From: an uncultured Verrucomicrobiae bacterium
GTDB taxonomy: Bacteria > Verrucomicrobiota > Verrucomicrobiia > Limisphaerales > UBA11358
Assembly: GCA_963842445.1 (NCBI GenBank)
Contig: CAWJHF010000017.1
Coordinates: 11,706 to 75,705, forward strand
Reading direction: 5' to 3'
DNA: 64,000 bases
Numbering within the stretch: the stretch's first letter is position 1; every line of letters starts with the position of its first letter. Below the pieces are notes generated by a model that searched no databases, was not told where the DNA came from, and saw nothing but the letters and a program-made list of their open reading frames with translations. Made by a program: the position numbers and the translations under genes. Shown piece after piece: positions 9,759 to 20,070 of this stretch.

Positions 9759-11333
9759 TTATTTGCCGGCCGATGGAGCAGCGATCACATTGGTTGGCAG
9801 AGGCGCAACCGGAGCAGGCACATTGGTCGAAATGGCAGCGGCAGACGGCGCATTCGTTTCCGCCGTCATTCTGAGTTGCGTGCGCAGCACGGCGCGCATG
9901 GCGTAAGGGAGGCCCTGTTGCGGATCGAGCAGTTCGTTGAGCACGGTGCGGTCGAGCTCTGGAAACGGCATCAGACCGACTCGTTGCCAGGCGCCTTTCG
10001 TGCCGGACATTTCGGACTGGTAACGATTATAAATTTTCCCGGCCAGCAATTTGTAACCTTCATAACGGTCGTCCTGGCCGACGGCCAAGTAGATATAGGC
10101 CCGGACAAGCAGTCCCTGAATGTCCGAGGTCGTGCGCTCCTGCGACGTCTCGTGGAGGTCCTCCTGCACCCGCGCGACGGCGTATTCGTCGAGCGTGACA
10201 TTTCGCGGAAATGAATTGGTGTCGCCGCCGAGGAGGGTCTTGTCGGGAAATTGCTCGCCCAGGTAATGATACCATTTTGCCGCCTCGGCCAGGCGATTGT
10301 GGTCATAAAGAAAATAAACCGCGTCGGCCAAAAAATTCCGTTGCGCCCTTTGAATGCCGTCCCTTTGGCCCGCATCAGGTTCCTCGGCATATTCTTTTTG
10401 GTAGGATTCATTCACCTTGGGAATGAGGTCGAGATTGGGACCGAGGGTATGACTGCCGAACGGATCAGCAATGTATCGCCCATGGTGAAACGCCTGCTGC
10501 ATGGATTGGTAAATGACCCGGCGCAATTGGGGCAAATCGTTTGTTTTCACATTGCCGGGATTTTCCTTCGCTTTTTCCAGGCCGAGGGAAGCCCAGTAAA
10601 TCGCGTGCGCCTCCGGCAAACGCCAGTCGAGCGGGCCCCACTCCGCATCCACTTTTTGGGCGAACACCGGATCAATCTTGTATTTTTCACGGAGAACCAC
10701 GGCGTTGGTTCTTTCTTCCGCGGTTTGCGGATGGATAAGGGCGGCAAAATTTGTCCCGTTCGGGCCGAAGAACGGCGCCATTTCCCGCGCCCATTCCTGT
10801 TTGTAATATAAATTTGCGTCGTCCATGTTTTGCCCCAGCTTGAACTGGAAGAGCCAGGCCAGTTGCTGGTAGATCAACGGGGAATCCGGGTTGTACCGCA
10901 ACGCCCGGTCACGCAGCAGTTCAATGCCCTGGTCCACCCAGCGCCAGCGATCGGAAGAATCGCTGAACTTCACGGAAATATTGAAGGCCATGTTCCACGC
11001 TTCATAACTCCAGACTTGATCGAAGTGCGGCTCCAAATCCGTGATCCAATCCGCGAGCTGCGCCGCCTCGAACAATTTGTCGTCCAACTGCAAGTCGTTC
11101 GAACGGATCCAGAGATAATTGGAAATCAACCCCCGGAATCCGCCGAGCGCAACGGTCGTGAACGCCAGCAGCGGCGGCGCGTTTTCCAGCACTGACGCAC
11201 GCGTCAACCCAAGCTGATCGCGGTCACGGTTCAAGGATTTTTGCACCTGACCGGAGCCGGCGAGCAGCGCCACCGCGAGCAACAGCAGCGCGAACTTTTT
11301 AAGTCTGCCTGACATTTTTATTTTCCACTTCAA
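9759..11333 (-). CDS. conserved hypothetical protein with N-terminal signal/anchor and a helical-repeat-like body
   Basis: Long ORF with coding-like composition and an N-terminal hydrophobic segment KKFALLLLAVALLAG. It is the last gene of the tight minus-strand cluster. I recognise no family motif. Confidence 0.65.
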   Translation of the reverse strand: MKWKIKMSGRLKKFALLLLAVALLAGSGQVQKSLNRDRDQLGLTRASVLENAPPLLAFTTVALGGFRGLISNYLWIRSNDLQLDDKLFEAAQLADWITDLEPHFDQVWSYEAWNMAFNISVKFSDSSDRWRWVDQGIELLRDRALRYNPDSPLIYQQLAWLFQFKLGQNMDDANLYYKQEWAREMAPFFGPNGTNFAALIHPQTAEERTNAVVLREKYKIDPVFAQKVDAEWGPLDWRLPEAHAIYWASLGLEKAKENPGNVKTNDLPQLRRVIYQSMQQAFHHGRYIADPFGSHTLGPNLDLIPKVNESYQKEYAEEPDAGQRDGIQRAQRNFLADAVYFLYDHNRLAEAAKWYHYLGEQFPDKTLLGGDTNSFPRNVTLDEYAVARVQEDLHETSQERTTSDIQGLLVRAYIYLAVGQDDRYEGYKLLAGKIYNRYQSEMSGTKGAWQRVGLMPFPELDRTVLNELLDPQQGLPYAMRAVLRTQLRMTAETNAPSAAAISTNVPAPVAPLPTNVIAAPSAGK

Positions 11334-11351
11334 ACTTCCGGCTTCGCACTT

Positions 11352-12746
11352 CTATTGATTTCCCTGGGTGGCCGCCAATTCGCGCCGACTGAACAACGCG
11401 ATCCCGGTGAGGCCGGTGATTCCGCCGAGCAACAAAACGATCTGCCCGAAGGCCGTGCCCAGTTCAGTCCACGAAATGCTTCGCCCGGTGCTCAAGGAAT
11501 CAATCGGCGAAAAATTTTTGACCAGGTTGATGACCACCAGAAGACCTTTGAACAGCGGGATCAACACCGTGTCCGCGATGGAATGTCCCATCACGCCCGT
11601 TTCCGCGTTGCCGCCCGCGACCGTGCCTGCTTCCACCGCTTCGTTCAGCGTGCCGCCGGAAAGCCCGACCACCAGGACCGCCATGGAAAAAAATGCTGCG
11701 ACCGGAAACGACAGGAAACTGGCCGCAGCCAGGCCCAATGCCGCCAGGAACGCCATCCAGCAGAAAATGATTCCCAGTCCGCGCGCGAAATTCAGGGCGA
11801 AACCGCCATCGGGATACAAAACTTCCATCCCGTCTTCGAGCGGGAACAACAGCGACGTGCCGTTCGGGTTCGCAAATACGATTGTCAACATCCCCTTGCT
11901 GTCGAAGAGGTTCGGCGGAATTTGAAATTCATGGAACGTGTCCGGTGCCAGGCTCATCGGCTCCCGCGTCTGCCAGAGCCGGGTGACATTTGGCTCGCCC
12001 ACCTGCCACAGGGCGAGGAAGGTGCCGGATGGGCTTTGCTGCGCCGCATTGAACTTCACGCGCAAATGCAGCGGATGGTCATGCAGAAAATTTTTGGCGA
12101 AACCCAGATCAATCTGCCACACATGCGAATAGTCTGGCGGCACGAGTTCATACTGGGCCATGACCTGCCTGCGGATTTGTTTGCGCACCTCCGCCAGATC
12201 CACCGAGTGATCCAATTCCGGATTGGTTTTCAACCGCTCCTTCAACACCTGCTCCGTTTCGGCCTCAATCGCCGCCTCGTAATTTTGCGGCTTTGCCGAA
12301 CCGCGCGCGACGAGCACCTGTTCGCGCAAAACTTTTTGTTCCGCCGCCGGCAGCCGGGCCGCACGCCAGTACAACAACCCGTAAACACACGCACCCGACA
12401 GCGCCAGCAAAACCGCGTTCAGCGACATGATGCCCAGCCATTTGCCCAGCCAGATCTGCCAGCGGGCGATGGGTTTGGTTGCGACGACCTGCATCTGGCA
12501 TTCCTCGATGTCGCGCGCCAGCGTACCGCACGAAAGCCAGAGTGTGGACAGACCCAGCAGGCCGGTGATGACGGTCAACGTGTAAGTCAGCAAAATCTGC
12601 GTGAACCCCTGCGCCGTGCCATCGTCCTTGACCAAAAGCGGCAGGCCAACCACCGACACGAGCAACAACGCCGCGATGACCAGGAACAGCCGGAACCGAA
12701 ACGCGGCTTTCCAAGTCAACCAGGCGATGGCCAAAAGTCTTTGCAT
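11352..12746 (-). CDS. ABC-2-type transporter permease with a large extracytoplasmic loop
   Basis: Multiple TM segments at both ends and a ~200-aa hydrophilic loop. It lies immediately downstream of the ABC ATPase gene. Confidence 0.65.
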   Translation of the reverse strand: MQRLLAIAWLTWKAAFRFRLFLVIAALLLVSVVGLPLLVKDDGTAQGFTQILLTYTLTVITGLLGLSTLWLSCGTLARDIEECQMQVVATKPIARWQIWLGKWLGIMSLNAVLLALSGACVYGLLYWRAARLPAAEQKVLREQVLVARGSAKPQNYEAAIEAETEQVLKERLKTNPELDHSVDLAEVRKQIRRQVMAQYELVPPDYSHVWQIDLGFAKNFLHDHPLHLRVKFNAAQQSPSGTFLALWQVGEPNVTRLWQTREPMSLAPDTFHEFQIPPNLFDSKGMLTIVFANPNGTSLLFPLEDGMEVLYPDGGFALNFARGLGIIFCWMAFLAALGLAAASFLSFPVAAFFSMAVLVVGLSGGTLNEAVEAGTVAGGNAETGVMGHSIADTVLIPLFKGLLVVINLVKNFSPIDSLSTGRSISWTELGTAFGQIVLLLGGITGLTGIALFSRRELAATQGNQ

Positions 12747-12760
12747 GAATCAAATCCTTG

Positions 12761-12818
12761 ACACGGATTTCACGGATTTACACGGATTGAACCGGTGATA
12801 ATCCGTGCTATCCGTGTC
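12761..12818. repeat. inverted CACGGATT-type repeat hairpin between the ABC ATPase and permease genes
   Basis: Three direct CACGGATT-type copies (the first as gacacggattt), followed by the inverted aatccgtgctatccgtgtc. Confidence 0.8.
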
Positions 12819-14027
12819 TCATTTTGGCTTTCCGAGCAGGGACGACAATTTTTCATCCGCCCTCGACAAATCCGCCGGTTTTTGTTCCGCCTCAGTCTTC
12901 GGTTTTGCCGGGACCGGCGTGGCGGCCTTCGTCAACGCTTCCAGTTTATTGGCATCCATGGCCGGTGCGACCGGAGTCGCCGGTTTGGGTCCGGCGGCGG
13001 GTTGGGCGGCCTGTGGTAAAGCCAGACGCTCAAGAACTTTTTCCGCCGGCGGCCGTTCTTCGGCCCCGGCGCGCAGGTAAGCCGCCACGCGGGCGCCGGA
13101 AAGGGCGCCGCTGGTTTCCGCCGCCGCCTGACGTGCCTTTTGCACCACGTCGAGAAAATAGCTTTCGAGATTTTGCGTCGGATTGTCCACGCGCACCTTG
13201 TCGGCGGCCACGTCGTGGCGGATCACTTCGAGCGCGCGTGCCAGCGTTTCGCGCGGCAACACCGGCGTTGTGATGCGCAGCGTGTCCGGTTCGGACAGCA
13301 ATTCCTTCAGGGTGCCCATCGCCTGCACTTTGCCGCCGTAAAGGATCACAACGCGGTCGCAAACGTCCTCAACGTCGGCCAGCAGATGGCTGCTCAAAAT
13401 CACCGTCTTGCCCCGGCGCGACAGCGCGAGAATGAGGTCCTTCATTTCGTGGCAGCCGATGGGATCGAGGCCGGAAGTCGGTTCGTCGAGGATGATGAGG
13501 TCAGGATCATTGATGAGCGCCTGCGCCAGCCCGATGCGGCGCTGCATGCCCTTGGAAAACTCGCCCACGGAGCGCGTGTGGACCTGGCTCAAGCCAACCA
13601 TCTCGAGCAATTGCGCGGCGCGATTGTTGCGTTCGCCGCTGGACAAGTGAAAAAGGTTGCCGAAAAAGTCGAGTGTCTCGCGCGAGTTGAGGTAGCGGTA
13701 GAGATACGATTCCTCCGGCAGATAGCCGATGCGCGACTTGGTCTGCACGTGCCGCGGCGAATGGCCGAAGACCTCGATGTGCCCGCGCGTCGGATTGAGC
13801 AAACCAAGCAGCAGCTTGACAGTGGTGGACTTGCCGGAGCCGTTCGGACCCAGCAGGCCAAAGACCTCGCCGCGCCGGACTTCAAAATCCACGTTGTCCA
13901 CCGCGCGCGCCTTGGGCCGGTTCCAGAAATCCTTGAACACCTTCGTCAGCCCGCGCACGGAGACGATGACCTCTTCGGATTTTTGATTTCCGGTTTGCGA
14001 TTGCAGATTTAGTTCGGCGACGGGCAT
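12819..14027 (-). CDS. ABC transporter ATP-binding protein with a ~100-aa Pro/Ala-rich C-terminal tail
   Basis: Walker A GPNGSGKST, signature FSKGMQRR, and Walker B LIILDEPTSGLD. Confidence 0.9.
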   Translation of the reverse strand: MPVAELNLQSQTGNQKSEEVIVSVRGLTKVFKDFWNRPKARAVDNVDFEVRRGEVFGLLGPNGSGKSTTVKLLLGLLNPTRGHIEVFGHSPRHVQTKSRIGYLPEESYLYRYLNSRETLDFFGNLFHLSSGERNNRAAQLLEMVGLSQVHTRSVGEFSKGMQRRIGLAQALINDPDLIILDEPTSGLDPIGCHEMKDLILALSRRGKTVILSSHLLADVEDVCDRVVILYGGKVQAMGTLKELLSEPDTLRITTPVLPRETLARALEVIRHDVAADKVRVDNPTQNLESYFLDVVQKARQAAAETSGALSGARVAAYLRAGAEERPPAEKVLERLALPQAAQPAAGPKPATPVAPAMDANKLEALTKAATPVPAKPKTEAEQKPADLSRADEKLSSLLGKPK

Positions 14028-14045
14028 AAGCCAGACAGAAAACGT

Positions 14046-16061
14046 TTACGCCAGTTTCGGTGTCAGTTGGCCGGTTGCGCGACGCGGCGGTTCTTCCGTT
14101 TCGGGATGGAAATGTTCCAGCTCCTCGCCTTTGCGCACGAGGCGCGCGCTGTTGAAAATCACGATGAACGTGCCAATGACGTGCAAAATGGCACCGGTGA
14201 CCGGGCCGAACAAGCCGAACGCCCCAGCCGACTGTCCGGCGATGATGAAGCAGATCCCAAAAGCGAAGTTCTGATTGATGATCGCGCGCGTGCTGCGCGA
14301 AAGTTTCACCAGAAACGGCAGCCGTTGCAGGTCGTTGTTCATCAGCGCGATCGTCGCACTGTGGATGGCCACTTCACTGCCCGCCGCGCCCATCGCGATA
14401 CCAAGGTCGCCCGCCGCCAGCGCCGGTGCGTCATTCACGCCGTCGCCGATGACCGCGACCCGGTAACCTTTCGCCTTCATGGTGCGGACAAACTCAACCT
14501 TGTTCTGCGGCAGGCAATCGCCCTTTGACTCCTCGCAACCGATTTCCGCCGCGACCCGGCTGGCCACCAGTTGGCGGTCGCCGGAAATCATTGCAATGCG
14601 GCGCACACCCGCTTCCTTTAATTCGGCCAGCGCAGTTTTGGCTTCCACGCGCACTTGATCCTGCAAGCCAACCCAGCCGATGCAGCGGTGGTTGCGGGCG
14701 ACGAAAATCAGACTCCAGCCTTCAGCCTCGTCGAGGTCAACCGATTTGAGAAAATCCTCGGCGACGCCGTTGTCCTTGAGCCATTGCGCGCGGCCCACCA
14801 AAACTTTTGCGCCATTGATTTCCGCCTTCACGCCGCGGCCGGCGGTTTCGGAAAAATCCTTCGGCTCGGCCAGCGGCACGCCTGCCTCGCCGGCAAGTTG
14901 CGCAAGCGCCTTGGCGGTTGGATGGTTGCTGTATTTTTCCGCCGAGGCGGCGACGCGCAGCAATTCGGCGGGCTTCGTTTCGCCGATGGGTGCCAAGCGG
15001 CTGACAGCGAGCTGGCCTGTCGTGAGCGTGCCGGTCTTGTCAAAGATGAACGCGTTGATTTTCGCGGCGGCCTCGATGTCGGCGACGTTCTTGATCAAAA
15101 TGCCGAGGCGCGCGGCGGCGGACAGCGCGGCGACCATCGCGGTCGGCGTCGCCAGAATGAAAGCACAGGGACAGGACATGACGAACACGGTGATGACGCG
15201 GTTGATGTCGTGGGTGAACGCCCAAACGAGCGCGCCGATGACCAGCGCGAGCGGCGTGTAATAGCCCATGTATTGGTCCACGATTTTCATGATGGGCAGC
15301 TTGGTCTTCTCGGCGGCGAGAATCAGCTCGCGCACGCGGCCCAGTGTCGTGTCCTCGCCGGCGCGGCTGACCTTGACTTCCAGAAGGCCGGTCAGATTTT
15401 GCGTTCCGGCAAAAACCTCGTCGCCGGTCTTTTTGTCGGCGGGCAATGATTCGCCGGTGATGGTCGCCTCGTTGAACGAGCCTTGCCCGCTGACGATGAC
15501 GCCGTCGGCCGCGACATTGTCGCCGGGGCGGATGCGAATCACGTCGCCCACGGCGAGTTCGCTGGCGGCCACTTCCTCCTCGCCGCCGTCTTTTTTGACG
15601 CGGCGCGCCCTGGTGGGGGTGAGTTTGATGAGCGATTCGATGGATTGGCGCGCGCCCTCGGCGGTGCGTGTTTCGATGAGTTCGCCCATGAGCATCAAAA
15701 AGGCGATGAGGCCGGCGGTTTTGTAGCCCGCGCTCATGTTGTTGCCGAATGCGCCGGACGCGAACGCGAAGAGCACAGCAATGGCGACAAGTTCATTGAT
15801 GCTCAGCCGGCCGATGCGCAAATCCTTGATAGCCGTGACCACGATGGGATAGATGAGAATGATCGCGCCGATCATGGCGCTGGCGCTGGCCACCATCGTG
15901 CCCTGATTAAACAGCCAGTCCACGACGAAGGCGTTCAGGACGAAAACGATGCCCGCGACGGCCTGCCAGAGATGCACGACGGAATGCTCGTGGTCGTGGC
16001 CGCTGCCACACTCCGGCTTGTGCTCGTGTTCGTGGCGGCTCAAAAGCGATGTAACCTGCAT
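14046..16061 (-). CDS. P1B-type heavy-metal-translocating ATPase (Zn/Cd/Co-like) with a His-rich N-terminus and no HMA domain
   Basis: CPC motif (MSCPCAFILATP), DKTGTLT, GDGVNDAPAL, and N-terminal HEHEHKPECGSGHDHEHS. Confidence 0.9.
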   Translation of the reverse strand: MQVTSLLSRHEHEHKPECGSGHDHEHSVVHLWQAVAGIVFVLNAFVVDWLFNQGTMVASASAMIGAIILIYPIVVTAIKDLRIGRLSINELVAIAVLFAFASGAFGNNMSAGYKTAGLIAFLMLMGELIETRTAEGARQSIESLIKLTPTRARRVKKDGGEEEVAASELAVGDVIRIRPGDNVAADGVIVSGQGSFNEATITGESLPADKKTGDEVFAGTQNLTGLLEVKVSRAGEDTTLGRVRELILAAEKTKLPIMKIVDQYMGYYTPLALVIGALVWAFTHDINRVITVFVMSCPCAFILATPTAMVAALSAAARLGILIKNVADIEAAAKINAFIFDKTGTLTTGQLAVSRLAPIGETKPAELLRVAASAEKYSNHPTAKALAQLAGEAGVPLAEPKDFSETAGRGVKAEINGAKVLVGRAQWLKDNGVAEDFLKSVDLDEAEGWSLIFVARNHRCIGWVGLQDQVRVEAKTALAELKEAGVRRIAMISGDRQLVASRVAAEIGCEESKGDCLPQNKVEFVRTMKAKGYRVAVIGDGVNDAPALAAGDLGIAMGAAGSEVAIHSATIALMNNDLQRLPFLVKLSRSTRAIINQNFAFGICFIIAGQSAGAFGLFGPVTGAILHVIGTFIVIFNSARLVRKGEELEHFHPETEEPPRRATGQLTPKLA

Positions 16062-16074
16062 ACAAATTTTTGAA

Positions 16075-16102
16075 TTTCGATTTACGATTTACGATTTTAC
16101 GG
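16075..16102. repeat. ATTTACG-type heptamer array between the HflK-like gene and the ATPase gene
   Basis: tttcgatttacgatttacgattttacgg, read directly from the sequence. Confidence 0.8.
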
Positions 16103-17203
16103 ACTCTGCGCCGCCGATTTCGGCTGCGGCGGTTGACGGTTTAACATCAACCGAAGTTCAGTGGGATATCCATTGGCGGTCGTCGGCAAATAAGATTTGA
16201 ACTCCGCATTGGTGAGCGCTTCACCTACCACCTGCACCACCTTCTGCTGTTCAAACAAACCCGGATTGATTTTGTAATTCGGCAGCAAGTCACTGAACGC
16301 CTTCGCGTCGGCCTTGAGGGATTGGACATAGCGCACACGGGCGCTGATAGCTTCACTGATGATGGCCGAGGCCTGCGCGTCGGCGGTGTTGGTAACTTGA
16401 TTTTCGTAGCTGTGCGCGTCGTCGAGGACCTTGGCGCGGTTTACGCGCGCTTCGGTCACCTGGTCAAAAATGCCCTTCAACTGCCGCGGTGCGATGCTGA
16501 CGACATTGCATTGTTTGATGTTGATGCCAAGCCGTTCCTGGTCAGCCAGTTGGCTGGCGCGTTGTTCCACGGCCTCCTGAAACCCAGCCACGTCACTGTA
16601 AAGAATACTATCCACTCCAAAATGCGCGGCGGTGTAAAGCAGGGCATTGTCCAGCACGCTCTGGACGGTGTTGGAAGCTGACGAGAAATCGAACACATAG
16701 CGGATGGGGTCGTCCACCTGATAGTAAAGTGTGGCGCGCGCATGAATGATGTTGCGGTCCGCCGAAATCGCGTAGCCGTCCACCGCCGGATCAAGCGTCT
16801 CTCCGTAGGGCGGTTCCATCCCGCTCAATTCCTGTTCCGGCGCAATGGCATACCAGCCGACGGTGGAAGTGACTTTCTGGACTTCCTTGATTGGGATTTT
16901 CACCACTTCGTCAATCGGATACGGGAACGACCAGTGCAGGCCCGAGCCGAGCAAGGCCTTCTCGCCTTCGCCGACGGGTCTGCCGAAGCGGAGGATCACC
17001 GCCTTTTCCTGCGGTCCGACCTGAAACAAGCCGGAAACGAAGAAAAGCACGATCAACAGGAGCATGATGAATTTGACAATCGCAAAACTGCTGCGCAACG
17101 CTTCCGCCAGCGCCTGTGAACCGGCATCGTCCGGCGTCAGCGGCGCGGACGCGGAAGGCTCGTGCGCGTGATCGTGATGATCGTGCTCGTCGTTCATGGT
17201 CAA
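16097..17203 (-). CDS. SPFH/band-7 protein (HflK-like) with a His-rich N-terminus
   Basis: Single TM followed by QVGPQEKAVILRFGRPV...GLHWSFPYPID, typical of HflK/C. The N-terminus is MTMNDEHDHHDHAHE. Confidence 0.8.
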   Translation of the reverse strand: MTMNDEHDHHDHAHEPSASAPLTPDDAGSQALAEALRSSFAIVKFIMLLLIVLFFVSGLFQVGPQEKAVILRFGRPVGEGEKALLGSGLHWSFPYPIDEVVKIPIKEVQKVTSTVGWYAIAPEQELSGMEPPYGETLDPAVDGYAISADRNIIHARATLYYQVDDPIRYVFDFSSASNTVQSVLDNALLYTAAHFGVDSILYSDVAGFQEAVEQRASQLADQERLGINIKQCNVVSIAPRQLKGIFDQVTEARVNRAKVLDDAHSYENQVTNTADAQASAIISEAISARVRYVQSLKADAKAFSDLLPNYKINPGLFEQQKVVQVVGEALTNAEFKSYLPTTANGYPTELRLMLNRQPPQPKSAAQSP

Positions 17204-18105
17204 TGACTCGGTGTGTTGGTGGGAAGATTCTGGAACAAATCAAACGGCGGCATGTGCTGATCGAAAAACACAGTCGCATTTTGGTTGAGCGCCTGTTGCA
17301 CCGCGTTGATGCGCAGGAGAAAGACGGCCAGATCGGGATTTTCCTCAAAGATGGGCAGTGTTTTGGCGGCTTCCGCCACGCCCTCGCCTTCAATTCGCGT
17401 GGCTTCGGCTTGGGCGTCGGCCAGGGTTTCACTGGCCTGACGGTCGGCGTTGGCCTTGATTATTATGGCCTCGGCCCTGCCGTCGTTTTGTATCTGGCTG
17501 ATGAGTATGTTGCGCTCCGATTTCATGCGGGTGAACACCGCTTCGGTGACGCTGGCAGGCAAGCCGAGCTTTTTGATGCCGAGAAATTCGATTTGAATGC
17601 CATAGCTGTTGGTCATCAACTCGTCCTGGACCGCCTGTTCGATTTCATTTTGAATCTCGTTGAACTTCAGTTGCTTCGGGTCCGCGTTCACAAAATCGGA
17701 GAGTGGATGGTGGCCGACGGTGGCGCTTTTGGCGCTGGTCAACATGCTTTGGAGCTGGCTTTGGGCGGCGGATACGGAGCCATCCTTGAAACTGTTGAGA
17801 AACGCCGGCGCGTCGGAAATCTTCCAGCCCACATAGACGCTGGTAATCAGAGTGATGCTGTCCGCGGTGTAGTTCTCACTGAACTTGTCCTGGAAGTCCT
17901 GGATGCGCTCGTCGAATTTGTAAACCTGTTGAATCGGCCAGGGCCATTTCAAGTGCAGTCCGGGCTGGCACGGGGGGCCCGTTATCCTGCCGAAAGTCGT
18001 GACGACGGCGACTTCGGACCGGCGGACTTGAAAGGTGAAAAGCAGCAGTGCGAAAATCACGACCAGCACTGCGCCGACGATGATGACTAGAAGGTTGCGT
18101 TTCAT
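17200..18105 (-). CDS. SPFH/band-7 protein (HflC-like)
   Basis: N-terminal TM followed by VRRSEVAVVTTFGRI...GLHLKWPWPIQQV. It overlaps both neighbouring genes by 4 nt. Confidence 0.8.
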   Translation of the reverse strand: MKRNLLVIIVGAVLVVIFALLLFTFQVRRSEVAVVTTFGRITGPPCQPGLHLKWPWPIQQVYKFDERIQDFQDKFSENYTADSITLITSVYVGWKISDAPAFLNSFKDGSVSAAQSQLQSMLTSAKSATVGHHPLSDFVNADPKQLKFNEIQNEIEQAVQDELMTNSYGIQIEFLGIKKLGLPASVTEAVFTRMKSERNILISQIQNDGRAEAIIIKANADRQASETLADAQAEATRIEGEGVAEAAKTLPIFEENPDLAVFLLRINAVQQALNQNATVFFDQHMPPFDLFQNLPTNTPSH

Positions 18106-20063
18106 GGCGATGTTGAATTCCTGGGCGACGACGGCACGTTCATATTCAGAAGGTCTGCGCGGATTTTGTCCTCCAGATCGAAAAAGAGCACGTCGCGCGT
18201 GTTGGTCACCAGCAGGATGTATTTGCGCGCATTGGCGGTTGCCTGGGGAAACATCTGGTAATACGCGCGCTGCCGATAGACCAACGGCGCGGCTTCATAC
18301 GCGGCGATCTGGTTGGTGAACAACCCCGCGCTGGCAAACGCGGCCAGTTCCGTCTGGGTCCGCGATGCCCGGGCCTGGTTGACGTCGGCGAACGCCTCCG
18401 CGCCGGCCAGGGCGTTGGTGCGGATGGCATCGGCGACGGCGTTGTTGGTGGCGGCGATCCTCTCCTGGGTGGCGGCGACAACATTTTCGTAGTCGCCCGC
18501 CACTCTCACCGGCGGATGAATGTCCTGCACTCCCACAAAAATGATTTTCGCGCCGAGCCGGTGCCGGTTCGCATCGGTCTGAATCCTTTCACGCAAATCC
18601 TGCGCGGCCTCCAAACGCCCGTGCGACAACACATTGGTCAAATCCACGCCCGCCAGATAATGTATCGCCGCCCGTGTGGCGAGGTCCTGGAGCAGGTTCG
18701 TCGGGTCGGCGTTGTTGTAGGCCCAATCGAGCACGTTTGTAATCTGAAATTGCACTGGAATGCTGACATCAATCAAACCCACCGGCGCCACCTTCAGCAA
18801 ATCGCTGTTGTTGGCAGTCTGATTGGTAATCGTCGTCGGCGCCGCGCTGCCCACGAGAAAATTGACCTCTTCCTTTGTGTGGACAACACTCCACAAAATC
18901 GTCCGCAGCTTTTCGCTCTGCGCGTCAGGCGTAAAACCGATGTCAAACATCTGGATTTGGCCCGTGCGGTAACGATAGGCCCTGTCAATCGGCCACGGCC
19001 ACAGAAGATGCCCGCCCGGATTTAAAACCGGACGCGCGGCAAGCCGGCCGAACCGTTCCAATACGCCCTGCTCCCCCGGCTCAATGAACACCACGCATGT
19101 GGACAGCAGCAGCACGGCCAGTTGCGCCAGAAACAGCACGGGCAGGCTTTTTTGGAGCAACTGGAAAAACCACGTCTCCGAAACCTTGAAACCAAATTGA
19201 TAGTCCAGCGCCTGCGCCGCCGTCGTGAACAAACTCTCCGGTTGCGCCAGCAGGCCGGTGAGCCGGCTGTCGTAGATGGGCCGCGCGACTTTGCCCTTCA
19301 CACGGGGCCGGTAAATCTCCAGCAGCAGGGTGACGAGCATTTCCACGGCCATTACGCCGAGCAGCACGCACAACACCCGCGCGAGATAAAAGTCAGCCCT
19401 CGGAAACTTCGCCTCAATGCCGGCGATGCCGAGCGCCGTGACAAAGCAAATATACGCGCCCGCCAGCAGAAAATTGGCGCCCGGCCGCAACAGCCGGTGG
19501 TTTTCCAGCCGCGCGATGGTCACGGAAAATCGCCCCAGCAAAAACAGCAGCAGCGCAAAAATGCCGAAGAGCGACAGCGTCGTCATCGCGCGTTCGGGCG
19601 CAACGGCGTTGGTGGTTTTGGCAACCCAGTACCAGAGCAGCCACGCGCCACCGGCTTCGAGCAGGAACAGCAGTACGGCGAAGCCGGGCACGAAAAATTT
19701 CTCAAACTGCTCGCGTGCGCGCCGCGCCGGAAAAACCTCGGCTTCTTTTGACTCAAACAATGTGGAATCGCCCCGGGCGCGGGCGAGTTCCTCGACTTCC
19801 AGTCTTTCCAGCCGCTCGTTTTCCTCCAGCCGCATCTGGAACCAGCTCGCGAACGCCACCAGCGCGCCGAGGCCGAGGAAAATCGAGCAGCCCAGCCCGG
19901 TCAGTGAATTCACGTAACAAGTGACGACGAACGCAGCGATGAAAATCACCACCGCCGCGACCAAATTCACCAAACCATTTGTTTGAATGTTGCGTTCCAT
20001 CTGTCTTTCGACCATTACCTGTGCAAATTGTTGAATCGTTGCATCGGCCAGCCGATTCAACAA
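18102..20063 (-). CDS. polytopic membrane protein fused to an SPFH/band-7 domain
   Basis: About 300 aa with multiple TM helices, then IEPGEQGVLERFGRL...GHLLWPWPIDRAY (SPFH). Confidence 0.75.
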   Translation of the reverse strand: MLNRLADATIQQFAQVMVERQMERNIQTNGLVNLVAAVVIFIAAFVVTCYVNSLTGLGCSIFLGLGALVAFASWFQMRLEENERLERLEVEELARARGDSTLFESKEAEVFPARRAREQFEKFFVPGFAVLLFLLEAGGAWLLWYWVAKTTNAVAPERAMTTLSLFGIFALLLFLLGRFSVTIARLENHRLLRPGANFLLAGAYICFVTALGIAGIEAKFPRADFYLARVLCVLLGVMAVEMLVTLLLEIYRPRVKGKVARPIYDSRLTGLLAQPESLFTTAAQALDYQFGFKVSETWFFQLLQKSLPVLFLAQLAVLLLSTCVVFIEPGEQGVLERFGRLAARPVLNPGGHLLWPWPIDRAYRYRTGQIQMFDIGFTPDAQSEKLRTILWSVVHTKEEVNFLVGSAAPTTITNQTANNSDLLKVAPVGLIDVSIPVQFQITNVLDWAYNNADPTNLLQDLATRAAIHYLAGVDLTNVLSHGRLEAAQDLRERIQTDANRHRLGAKIIFVGVQDIHPPVRVAGDYENVVAATQERIAATNNAVADAIRTNALAGAEAFADVNQARASRTQTELAAFASAGLFTNQIAAYEAAPLVYRQRAYYQMFPQATANARKYILLVTNTRDVLFFDLEDKIRADLLNMNVPSSPRNSTSP

Positions 20064-20070
20064 TTCACGT

